Of a stretch of 64,000 bases of DNA, positions 24,591 to 37,118 are shown piece by piece. Within the stretch, counting starts at the first letter, position 1. Every line of letters starts with the position of its first letter. Both the position numbers and the translations under genes were made by a program. The stretch comes from Octopus bimaculoides (lineage: Eukaryota): positions 76,886,753-76,950,752 of the forward strand of contig NC_068987.1 in assembly GCF_001194135.2 (NCBI RefSeq), in the 5' to 3' direction. Below the pieces are notes generated by a model. That model did not search any database. It was not told where the DNA came from and saw nothing but the letters and a program-made list of their open reading frames with translations.

Positions 24591-25755
24591 CTATAATCAT
24601 ACCTGTTTAGAAAAACATTTCCAAAACAATATTATCATTAAAAAAAAATTGAAGCCTTGATATGTTTTAAGATTATTAATGTTATAAACGCTTCCACATA
24701 TTGAACTCTTTGGTAATAATGCTGTTTTCTATCATCATGGTATGCTCTATTATTCACTTCTTTCCTTCTCATTCAACATATCCAACAACCAAAAAATTAG
24801 GTGCCATTGTTTTGGTTATGTTTCCTGGTTTGAATGATTTGTTTCAGTGTTTACTCTGGCATATCGGAAAAATATTGAAACCAGAAAGTTCACATTTTTT
24901 AGTTATGATTACTAAACAAAATAAAAATTTTTTTAAATATTAGAATTTCTTTCTTTCTACAATTTTTTTTTTTTTTTTTTTCAGGAAATGAAGTGACTCT
25001 TAAGTCTCTCGTTCTATCTCTAATTCTATTGAACATGTCACATGCTAGATGAGCACTGGAGTTATAGACAAAATAAAGTAAATCAGTTATAGCAAAAATA
25101 GAAGTGATAGGAATGAGGTGTAGAAAGCAACATGGCTGTCCGATGATTTAGGAAGCAAGTTCAAATCCCAGGAAGTTCAATTTTGTCTTTCATCTTTTTT
25201 GAGTTGTTTAAAAACGTGGCCATCCCAGAGTAATAGATTGGCAGGACTGTGTGAACATTAAACCAGGTGCCTCATGATAATTGTTCAGCTCTTTGTATCA
25301 TCCTGAGTTCAAATTTTAAGAAGGTCTAATTGAGCTCTAGTTTTGACCCATCGTCCAGTTTACAACCATCAAATAGCACTTTGGCTAACTTTAGCAGACC
25401 CCTATTTTGTTGCAAGCATTCAAGCCTTTAGGGGTCAGATCTCCAACTTGAGCATATCTTCCTCTTTTCCTCCCTTTGGCAGAAGCAGCGGCATAGTTTT
25501 ATAGCTAGAGTGTGGGTTACTACTTGGATAACCCTTACGTTTGCTCACTACTACATACCCCATCTCTTCTACAGGCTTATAAACCTACCCAAATGTGCTG
25601 ACCCCATAAAAGTGTTGCCCAGAACAGACTGTCCCACCAACAACATCACACCCCTTCCAGCTAGGCTACTGCTTAGAGGTCCAGTGATGCATCATGGGTC
25701 TTGTATTCCTGCTTGATTAAGAAGATAAAACAAGAAAATTGGTGATGATACATCA

Positions 25756-25832
<77 letters not shown>

Positions 25833-25954
25833 ATATGATTATATGTTTATATATTAATATGCATCTCTCTCTCCCTCTCTCTGTCACTCTTTCTCACTCT
25901 CTTACTCTCTATCTCTTTCTCTTTTTCTCTCTCTCTCTCTCTCTCTCACACAAT

Positions 25955-25989
<35 letters not shown>

Positions 25990-26064
25990 TTATATAACAT
26001 TGAGAGAGAGATACACATGCTTATATATACATAAATATCCAGATATTTACATATACATACATGA

Positions 26065-27228
26065 TTATCATCATCGTTTAACGTCTGTTTTCCATGCTGG
26101 CATGGGCTGGATGATTTGACTGAGTACTGGCAAGCTAGTAGGCAGCATCCATTCTGAGATTGTAATAGATACTTTTTATGGCATGGGAGCCAGTCAGGCA
26201 GCACTGGCATCGACCACGTTCAGATGGGGCTTTTTATGTTCTACCAGCACACAAGCCAGACGATGGGGCACTGACATCGACCATGCTTGGATGGTGCTTT
26301 TTATGTGCCACCAGTACAAGGATCCAGTGAGGCAACACTAGCGTTGACCCATGCTTGAATGGTGCTTATTACGTGCAACCAGCATGAGTACGAGTGAAGC
26401 AGCACTGACATCGGCCACGACTACGATTTCCATTTTGATTTTGATTTTACTTGACTCAATAGGTCTTCTCAAGCACAGCGAATAACCCAACAATTCAAGG
26501 GTACTTCTAAATGGGCTGGTTATGCAACACTGGTATCAGCCACAGTTGTGATCTCACTTTACTTGCTGGGTCTTAAGCACAGCATATCTTCCAAAGGTCT
26601 TGGTCTCTTGTCATTGCCTCTGTGAGGCCCAACGTCTGACATTCATGCTTCCCCACCTCGACCCATGTCTTCTTGGATCTACCTCTTCCATGGGTTACTT
26701 CCACTGTTAGGATGTGATACTTATTCACACAACCCTCCTCACTCATACACAGCATGTGACAAAACCAGCACAGTCGACTCTCTTGCATACCATATCCGAT
26801 GCTTCTTATGTCCAACATTTCTCTCAGGGCGCTTACATTCTGTCGTGTATGTACACTGATACTACACATTCAGCAGATCATACTAGCATCATTTCTTTCA
26901 AGCTTACATATGTCCTCAACAGTCATGGCCCATGTTTCACTGCCACGTAGCATCATACAGTCTACCTTTCATTCTGAGCGAGAGGCCTTTGTTACCAGCA
27001 GAGGTGAACTTTGCCCAGCCTATTCTTATTCTAGTGGTTATGCTTTCAGAGCATCCACCCCAACTAGAGACTTGGTCACCTGGGTAGCGGAAGGTATCAA
27101 CTACTTCTAGTTTCTCCCACTGGCATGTGATGGAATCTGTTTTCTGCACATCTTTGGTGTTTATTACCCTTGTGCATCTGCCGCACACAAAAACTATCTT
27201 CCCAGTTGACTTTCCTTTGATATTGATA
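26065..27228 (-). mobile_element. 5'-truncated RTE-clade LINE: ORF2 C-terminus plus 3' UTR (family B-type) and (GAT)n end
   Basis: The ORF2 remnant runs straight into ~65-bp subrepeats and ccatgccagcatggaaaacagacgttaaacgatgatgat. Confidence 0.85.
26573..27228 (-). pseudogene. RTE reverse transcriptase C-terminal region, frameshifted
   Basis: LEVVDTFRYPGDQVSSWGGCSESITTRIRIGWAKF; KGLSLRMKGRLYDA; MLRGSETW; RLCWFCHM; GRGRSKKTW; GLTEAMTRDQDLW. These match the RTE YLG, GSETW, RLRWFGH and GRP-TW motifs. Confidence 0.9.
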
Positions 27229-27249
27229 TACATACATACATACATACAT

Positions 27250-27325
<76 letters not shown>

Positions 27326-27881
27326 TCTTTCTTTTATTCTTTTATTTGTTTGTCATTTGACTGCAGCCATCCCGGAGCACCATATGCATATTATATACAT
27401 AGATATTTCTAAGAGTATATATATATTTCTAAATACCAATATACTTATCTTTCTATCTCTTTTTCTGTTTGCAAAATTATATATCTCTGTTACATCATCT
27501 CATCGAGTCATTCATGTATATACATAGACAGAAACATGCTAATTTATGCATAAGATAATAGAGTAAGAATTGATGATGAGTACAACAATGATGGTGATGA
27601 TGATTATTATTATTATAATCACAATGTTATGAATATAAAACAATTTTAACAAAGAACAATGAACAACAACGACAACAACATTTTTTTAAAAAGCCAACAC
27701 AGACCACAAACTGAATTAGAAAGTGAATTAGATCAATATTTCTAAAGCTTAGGTAAATATAAAGACAAACAAAGACAAGAAAAAAAACCCCAATTATTAT
27801 TAAAAAAAAATAAACAAGGAAAATGCTAAAATTCTAACACAAAGAACAAATTTCAACAATGACAACAGCAAATTAATAATG

Positions 27882-27939
<58 letters not shown>

Positions 27940-28244
27940 TGATGATGATGATGATATATATATGAATGTATATATATATGTATATATGTGTGTGTGTGTG
28001 TATGTGTGTGTATAAATATACATATGTGTTTATATACGTACATGCATATACATACATATACATACACACACACATATATATAGACATATATATACATATA
28101 TATACACATATATATATTGTATCCATAATCATATACATGTGTATGTATCCATATATATATGTATGCATGTATATATGTATACATACATACATATAAATAT
28201 ATATATATGTATATACATACATATAAATATATATATATTATATA

Positions 28245-28281
<37 letters not shown>

Positions 28282-28283
28282 GC

Positions 28284-28348
<65 letters not shown>

Positions 28349-28800
28349 TGTGTGTGTATATGTGCAAATATATTTATATATATATATATTATATTTTTGT
28401 TTTATTTTAAAACAGAAGTGAAGTGGGAGTTTATTGATTTGCATAGTTAAACATTTTTATAGATTTTTAATTAACTCAGCACTTGGCACTTCTTTTGAAG
28501 TGGTCTTGGGACAAGTTGTCGAATTGATAATCTTCCATTAATACAGAATGAAAATTGCTGTATGTCAGGATATATTAAGTTTCAGGTCTTAGCTGCAGTT
28601 GTTATTCATTTCCATCTCTTCCTTTCACTCACACTCTCATGACTTCTTTCTCCCTCTTAATATGTACATGTGTGCATCTGCGCATGCGTGTGTGTGTGCA
28701 CACATATATATGTATATATGTGTGCATATTTACATACTAACACATATTAACACACTGAGACATGCATACATGCATATATACTCACACATCCACCACACAT

Positions 28801-28883
<83 letters not shown>

Positions 28884-30169
28884 NNNNNNNNNNNNNNNNN
28901 NNNNNNNNNNNNNNNNNNNNNNNNNNNNNNNNNNNNNNNNNNNNNNNNNNNNNNNNNNNNNNNNNNNNNNNNNNNNNNNNNNNNNNNNNNNNNNNNNNNN
29001 NNNNNNNNNNNNNNNNNNNNNNNNNNNNNNNNNNNNNNNNNNNNNNNNNNNNNNNNNNNNNNNNNNNNNNNNNNNNNNNNNNNNNNNNNNNNNNNNNNNN
29101 NNNNNNNNNNNNNNNNNNNNNNNNNNNNNNNNNNNNNNNNNNNNNNNNNNNNNNNNNNNNNNNNNNNNNNNNNNNNNNNNNNNNNNNNNNNNNNNNNNNN
29201 NNNNNNNNNNNNNNNNNNNNNNNNNNNNNNNNNNNNNNNNNNNNNNNNNNNNNNNNNNNNNNNNNNNNNNNNNNNNNNNNNNNNNNNNNNNNNNNNNNNN
29301 NNNNNNNNNNNNNNNNNNNNNNNNNNNNNNNNNNNNNNNNNNNNNNNNNNNNNNNNNNNNNNNNNNNNNNNNNNNNNNNNNNNNNNNNNNNNNNNNNNNN
29401 NNNNNNNNNNNNNNNNNNNNNNNNNNNNNNNNNNNNNNNNNNNNNNNNNNNNNNNNNNNNNNNNNNNNNNNNNNNNNNNNNNNNNNNNNNNNNNNNNNNN
29501 NNNNNNNNNNNNNNNNNNNNNNNNNNNNNNNNNNNNNNNNNNNNNNNNNNNNNNNNNNNNNNNNNNNNNNNNNNNNNNNNNNNNNNNNNNNNNNNNNNNN
29601 NNNNNNNNNNNNNNNNNNNNNNNNNNNNNNNNNNNNNNNNNNNNNNNNNNNNNNNNNNNNNNNNNNNNNNNNNNNNNNNNNNNNNNNNNNNNNNNNNNNN
29701 NNNNNNNNNNNNNNNNNNNNNNNNNNNNNNNNNNNNNNNNCACACACACACATATATATTTATATATATACTTGCAAAAAGATGTGTGCGTTCGATCATA
29801 TAATAATGTGCATGCGCACACACATGCACACAAACATACAGATAGGCATACAGGCATGTATATATACACATATGCTATGTTTCTAAACATTGATCTTCTC
29901 AAAATTGCTGCAGTGCACATGGCCTGGACACAATGTTCTGGTTCATCTTACGTTAGATTAGCTTACAGCAATGAGGCATGGATGGGAATTTCCTGTCCGG
30001 GGAAACAATAACACTTTACATTACGTTTGTAACACATGCCATGGTAGGATTCTATCTCTGGTCACTTAGATCACTCCCTGTATCCATGCATTAATATTTA
30101 TGTCTGATTTTCAATGCTAACGTGGGTTAAATGAATATATATTACTGTGGTATCATTTTATAACTAAAT

Positions 30170-30485
30170 CATCATCGTCATCATCATCGTTTAACGTCCG
30201 CTTTCCGTGCTAGTATGGGTTGGATGATTTGTCTGAGGACTGGTGAACCAGATGGCTACACCAGACTCCAATCTGATTTGGCAGAGTTTCTACAGCTGGA
30301 TGCCCTTCCTAATGCCAACCACTCAGAGAGTGTAGTGGGTGCTTTTATTTGCCACCAGCATGAAGGCCAGTCGGGCGGTACTGACAACGGCCACACTCAA
30401 AATGGTGTATTTTATGTGCCACCTGCACAGGAGCCAGTCCAGCGGCACTGGTAATGATCTGGCTCGAATGACTTTTCACGTGCCA
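30170..30485 (-). mobile_element. Family B copy
   Basis: catcatcgtttaacgtccgctttccgtgctag...cagctggatgcccttcctaatgccaaccactc; near-identical to 36775-37118. Confidence 0.9.
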
Positions 30486-31076
30486 TTTTTCCTTTTACTA
30501 ACCCTCACCTATTCATCAAGTAAAGAATCTTTTATTTTGTACAGCTTTGAGGGTGCAAAGCAAGTGAATGAATTGTTAACAAGTGGCAACAACACTAATC
30601 ATAGGTTGCAACTTCCAATTTTACAAAAAATATAAAACAGAACACATTGGATAGTCATATCTGGGAACATTTTCTCTCATACATTTGTTGGAACTGGGAT
30701 GATTTGTGCTAACTTGTAATATTGAGTAAAAAATATACTCTGCTGAGCAAAACATAAGACCAAAACATGTACACAATTATCTCCCTTACTGGCAAACACA
30801 GATCAAGTTTTTCTTTCACTTAAATATGTAAATTAACTCTAAGAGATTAATTCTTGATTTCTCAAAATTATCTCCCATTTTCTTTAAGTAGTCTCTGTAC
30901 CAACTAACATTAGATTTTTGTTTTCTTTCTTCAACTTTCCTGCATCATTCATCCTTTAGGCTGCAACATCTGTTTCAGTAGCATTTGCTTCTGCTGTTAG
31001 CTGTGGGTATTTTCTTTTTTTTGTAGCCCCAGATCAGCCATGGAAAAGCTGACCTATCAAAGCAATATGAACATAC

Positions 31077-31255
31077 AGGAACAGGAGTAGCTATGTGGTA
31101 AGTAGCTTGCTCACCAGCCACATGGTTCCAGGTTCAGTCCCACTGCAAGGCACCTCGGGCAAGTGTCTTGTACCATAACCTCGGGCTAACCAAAGTCTTG
31201 TAAGTGGATTTGGTAGACAGAACCTGAAAGAAGCCCGTTGTGTGTGTGTCTGTAA

Positions 31256-31345
<90 letters not shown>

Positions 31346-31568
31346 GTGTGTGTGTGTTTGTGTGTCTGTGTTTGTCCCCCCACCATCGCTTGGCAACTGA
31401 TGTTGGTCTGTTTACATCCCTGTAACTTAGCAGTTTCAGCAAAAGAGGCCAATAGAATAAGTACTAGGGCTTACAAAGAATAAGTCCTGGGGTCACTTTG
31501 TTCAACTAAAGGTGGTGCTCCAGCATGGCCACATTCAAATAACTGAAACCAGTAAAAGAACAAAAGAA
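31077..31568 (+). mobile_element. SINE family A, full-length with ~100-bp internal (TG)n
   Basis: Head caggagtagctatgtggtaagtagc, B box ggttcagtccc, tail gtaaaagaacaaaaga. Confidence 0.9.
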
Positions 31569-32004
31569 ATACAGGCATACACTTTTAGTCTTTTACTTTT
31601 TATGTCTAGATGTCCTTCCTAATACTGACTACTTTACAGAATGTTCTACGAGCACTTTGTCATAGTATCAGTGCTATGGAGGCCATCATGACTTCAACAG
31701 CACTAAAGAGTAATCTCTGCTCTATGTTGTCTCTATCAATTTGCCAATGACAACAGATTGAACTGAATGCATTTTAAAGCATGGCACCAGCACAAGAGTG
31801 GTTGCCCTGTCTCCTGCAAGACTATTGAGTTCTCTCCTCTCTGTGCTACCTTCATTCTTTTGAGACAGATTTGACTAAGATGATCAGTGCAAATGAGAGT
31901 GAAGACCACAAGAATAAAAGAAGAGAATATGACGGACATGAGTGTGATAGGGGTAAGGGTATGAGAGGGAAAGGAATAATGAGAGAGAGAGAGAGGGAGA
32001 GAGA

Positions 32005-32053
<49 letters not shown>

Positions 32054-33249
32054 ATAGTTACTTGTTGTTAAGGAAGCACAATAGAGAAACAGCATGAGCA
32101 ATTTGATGGGATAATAAGAAAGAGCAACCGATGTATTGCAGTAGTGATATACCCATAGGAAGTATAAGTGGTAGACATCGATGTAGAGTCGCAAGAGAGA
32201 GAGATAGAGATAGAGAGAGAGAGGGAGAGAGAGAGAGAGAGAGAGAGAGTGGGAGAGATGGTTAATAAAACAAAAGGGTGGTATAAGAAATAGATATAAA
32301 AATACTAAATATTAAAAAAAATAAATAGCCCAGGATTCTTGGTGCAATGGTAATGTCTTGTTGATTTAATGGTTAACACATATGCTTAAAGGGTGAATTG
32401 GTGGAATCATTAGATCTTCAGACAAATTGCACTGTTTAGCTATAACCCTTTACATTATCAGTTTAAATCCTGTTGAGATCAATTCCGCCTTTGATCCTTC
32501 TGGGATCAATAGAATAAAATATCATCCGAGCAGAGTTTAATATCTCCATAAAGCTTCCTGGAAGTGTATGGAATTATAACAGAAAGCAAACACACAAGAG
32601 ACACGATGTTTGATTCCTGTGCAGAAGTTAATTATTTTCCTATCAAAGAATTTGTTTCCAAATGTTTACAACTGAGAATCAAACCTTTAAAGCTCATTCG
32701 CTGACCTGATTTGCAGAGCATTTGCTGCCTATTCTTCAATGCTGTGTGGCTAAGAAGTTTGCTTTGCAAGCCTGGGGTTCCAGGTTCCATACCACTGTGT
32801 GGTAGAGGGTAGAGTGTAGTGATGAGGTACATGGCTTAATGCCTGGTGACGAGAGGTCAAAGCATAGTAGAGGGACAGAAACGGGTCTCTCGCTGTAGAG
32901 ATATATGGCTACCCCAGTCAGAAAAGAGAAAAAATGGTGTTGAAGATATAAACAGGGAGTACCCTTGGTTACTGGAAGGTTAATATAAGAGAAGTGCAGA
33001 GGATTGGTCAGGGTGAGAGGGTAGATAAGTAAATTCAGAAGGTGTGAAAGGAGAATGCCAGATAAATAGAGACAGGGACAGAGGGGAAACATTGTTAGTG
33101 GATTTGGTTCTATGGAAACTGAAAGAAGCCCATCAGCTGTGTACGTGTGTGTGTTTCTGTGTGTTTCTGTGTCCTTGTCTTGATGTTGGATGATGGTTTT
33201 AGACAAGCATCATTCCTTTCTGATTTATTGTAAAAAATATCTGACCATG

Positions 33250-33465
33250 GAGGAAATGTTGGTTTCAAATTTTGGTTTATGGCCAGTAAGGTTTGTGGGG
33301 AGGGGATAAGTCGATTATATCAACCCCAGTGGTCAACTGGTACTTATTTTATCGACCCCAAAAGCATGAAAGGTAAAGTCGAACTTGGCAGAATTTTAAC
33401 TCAGAATGTACAGACGGATGAAATTCCACTAAGCATTTTGTTTGTTTGGCATGCTAACAGTTCTG
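33250..33465 (-). mobile_element. SINE family C
   Basis: actggtacttattttatcgaccccaaaagcatgaaaggtaaagtcgaac...actcagaatgta...catgctaacagttctgcc. Confidence 0.8.
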
Positions 33466-34166
33466 CCTTTATACCATGGGGGATATATAACCTTCCTTGC
33501 GAACAGGCAAGGGTTAATGACAGGAGGGTTGATATTCAGTCAAAGAACATCGGCCTCAATGAAACTCTTCTGACCCATACAAGGAGGGAAAAGTGGATGT
33601 CAATAAGAATGATGATGCAGATTTACCAAAGAAAAGAAATGACTTCAAAACCATTACCATTTCCTTATTAGTCCACTAGTGAAATTCACTGCCAAACGTT
33701 TCTGTGTTTAAAAATACATTTTAAAACCTGCATATGCATATTGAGTACTTTTTAAATTTAATATTTGATTATGTTTGTTTGTCTATTCTCATATATAAAA
33801 CACCTATATGTATATATTACCACCAACAGGCATAAGCAAAGTTTAGGTTAGTTAAAATATGTTTGTGATATATTTCAACTGCTAAAAGATAAATTCACTG
33901 CAGTTACTATAGAGAAAATTTTCTCTTATGGTAAAAAAGGTATAAGAACTCCATATCTGTTTAGTGTTGCCATCTATCAGTATTCCCAGACATCAATGTT
34001 TCTAGCTCCTTAGCTCATATCAATGGGAGATACCAAAGAGAGGCACCTATGAACAGATCTTATAAAACTATAGCTTTATCTAAAATACAGTCAACATTGA
34101 CTGATTTGCACCAGTAGACGAGCAGGTTGTAGAAATTACTGAAATATATATATATATGTGTATATG

Positions 34167-34236
<70 letters not shown>

Positions 34237-34347
34237 GAAGGAGAGAGAGGGAGAGAGAGATCACTACACATATACACACATACATACACAGATATACACA
34301 TACACATAGACACATACACATACATACACACATAAACATACACAAAT

Positions 34348-34406
<59 letters not shown>

Positions 34407-34992
34407 CATATACATATATGTAGCAGACAGTTTTTCCTTCAAACATATCACATACGTTAAAAACACAATTGTTTTTGTGTTTAAGCTTTTCTTATGAATG
34501 TATTTTTCTATTTTATTTTTTTTAATATNNNNNNNNNNNNNNNNNNNNNNNNNNNNNNNNNNNNNNNNNNNNNNNNNNNNNNNNNNNNNNNNNNNNNNNN
34601 NNNNNNNNNNNNNNNNNNNNNNNNNNNNNNNNNNNNNNNNNNNNNNNNNNNNNNNNNNNNNNNNNNNNNNNNNNNNNNNNNNNNNNNNNNNNNNNNNNNN
34701 NNNNNNNNNNNNNNNNNNNNNNNNNNNNNNNNNATATATATATATATACATCTGTTATACATATGTGTGTGAGTTTCATATAATTTGTTCTGTGAAGGAC
34801 ATAACTTAATGCCTAATACATTTGCACAAGTCTGCTTTCCAGAATTCAGTTGTTATTCACTGCAGTTACCATAGAGAAATTTTTTTCTTTTGATAAAAAG
34901 GTAGGATTCCCTGTGTTCCTTTCAAGCGTTGGGCCTCACAGAGGAAAAGTAGCTGAGTTCTTTTCAAACATTGGGATTCACAGTGACAAAGT

Positions 34993-35335
34993 GGCTGAGT
35001 TCAGTTCAAGCAATGGGCCTCACGGAGGCAATGACCATGGTATTTGGCATTATGTCATGCTTGAGAAGAAGACCCATCAAGCTGAACAAAATCACAGTTG
35101 TGGCAGATACTGGTGTCATGCAAATGGTACATGTTCCAGTGGCACGTAAAAGCACCCATTACACTCTCAGAGTGGTTGGCGTTAGGAAGGGCATCCAGCC
35201 ATAGAAAACCATGCCAAATCAGACTGGAGTCTGGTGCAGCCTACCAGTTTACCAGCTCTGGTCAAACCATCCAACTCATGCCAACATGGATAACAGACGT
35301 TAAATAATGATTATTATTATTATTATTATCATTAT
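34993..35335 (+). mobile_element. Family B copy starting in the RTE ORF2 terminus
   Basis: Begins gggcctcacggaggcaatgacc...atgcttgagaagaagacc (GLTEAMT end of ORF2), then the gaagggcatccagc motif and an acgttaaataatgattatt tail. Confidence 0.85.
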
Positions 35336-35364
35336 TATTATGGTTGGTTGATGTTTGCGTTAAC

Positions 35365-36060
35365 CTTTTATCTTTTCCTTGTTTCAGTTATTAGACTGCG
35401 GCCATGCTGGGGCACTGTCTTGTAAAAGATTTTAATAATATGAATCGGCTCCAGTAGTTATTCCTTTTAGTCTAACTCTGGTGCTTATTCTATCAGTCTC
35501 TTTTGCCTAACTGCTAAGTTACAGGAACATAAACACAGCAACATCAGTTGTCAAATAGTGGTGGGAGACAAACACAGGCACAAATACACAAAGACTCAAA
35601 CACGCACACACAGGCATGTGTGCACACACACACACATACATACACCCACACACACACACATATACGATGGCCTTCTTTCAGTTTCCACCTACCAAGTCCA
35701 ATCACATGGCTTTGATTTGCCTGAAGCTTTGGTACAAGACACTTGTCTAAAGTGTCATGCAGCAGGACTGAGCCCAGAACCATGTAGTCGGGAAGCAAGT
35801 TTCTTATTTCTTTACTGCCCATAAGGGGCTACACACAGAGGAGACAAACAAGGACAGACAAAGGGATTAAGTCAATTACATCGTCCCCAGTGCGTAACTG
35901 GTACTTAATTTATCGACCCCGAAGGGATGAAAGGCAAAGTCGACCTCGGCGGAATTTGAACTCAGAACATAGCGGCAGATGAAATACCACTAAGCATTTC
36001 GTCCGGCATGCTAACATTTCTGCCAGCTCACCGCCTTCTTACCACACAGCTACACCTGAA
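35365..36060 (-). mobile_element. SINE family A interrupted by a nested family C copy
   Basis: A body runs to ggaagcaagt (35800); the A head resumes ttcttaccacacagctacacctg at 36036. Confidence 0.8.
35801..36035 (-). mobile_element. SINE family C (AAATAAG-tail subtype), young, nested in A
   Basis: Full head ggcggtgagctggcagaaatgttagc; ttctta duplicated at 35801-35806 and 36036-36041. Confidence 0.9.
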
Positions 36061-36774
36061 CCAAATCTGTAGATTCAATGCTTGTAGGGGGGAAAACGTG
36101 GTTCAAAAGATGTGAATGGGGTGTCTGCAGTTCCGAGGTAGATAGATTTAACATTGTTAATGCAGTTAAGACAGGTGTGAGAAGCAATCAATATAATAAT
36201 ATGAGGAGAGGGAAGTTCATGATTCAGGTAGGGCTGGTGTTGCTTTACAGTTTGCCTGGCCAGTGGTTGCTAAGCTCTCGGTCAGTCCTTATGAAGAAAC
36301 TTACAATCAAATGAATTCCAACCATGATCATCCAATCTTACCCCCTAGGTTCATAAAACACAGAACATCATTATCTAATGTATCGTTTTCTAAAACTGCA
36401 GGATGAAATTTGATGGCTATTTCTAGCCAGTCAAGCAACTACATAGAGGCTCCTCATCTGTTGTCAACAACCAGATTAACCAAATGCAGTCCATGGTATT
36501 GTTGTTGTTGCTGTTTTGGTCCAGATCAGTTCTGACTGAGCTGAACTTTGGTCAAAAACATTCCAGCTGTCACCATTGCATCTTATATTCAGACATGATA
36601 CATCCGGTAACACATTATCCAGTGTATTCTTCAATTTTTTTTAGAGTGTGGTTTGAAGGAGATTTGGCAGCCATGCCTAGCAATTTGAATGACTATGTAA
36701 CAGCTCCTTTGATGATTTGTCCAGATGTGTGTGCAAGTGAGTGTGTGTGTGTGTTTGTGTGTGCGTGTAAGTAT

Positions 36775-37118
36775 GTCATCATCATCATCATCGTCATTTA
36801 ACGTCCGCTTTCCATGCTAGCATAGGTTCGATGATTTGACCGAGGACTGGTGAACCAGATGGCTACACCAGGCTCCAATCTGATTCGGCAGAGTTTCTAC
36901 AGCTGGATGCCCTTCCTAACGCCAACCACTCCGATAGTGTAGTGGGTGCTTTTACGTGCCACCGGCACGAAGGCCAGTCAGGCGGTGGCAACGGCCACAC
37001 TCAAAATAGTGTGTTTTACGTGCCATCTGCACAGGAGCCAGTCCAGCGGCACTGGCAACAAACTCACTCGAATGTCTTTTCACATGCCACTGGCACAAGT
37101 GCCAAGAAGGTGACGTTA
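36775..37118 (-). mobile_element. Family B copy
   Basis: catcatcatcgtcatttaacgtccgctttccatgctag...ggatgcccttcctaacgccaaccactcc plus subrepeats. Confidence 0.9.

Noticed and set aside
30500-31020. Minus-strand stretch with protein-like composition
   Set aside because: Stops in all frames and no motif I can name; possibly a decayed TE, but unsupported.
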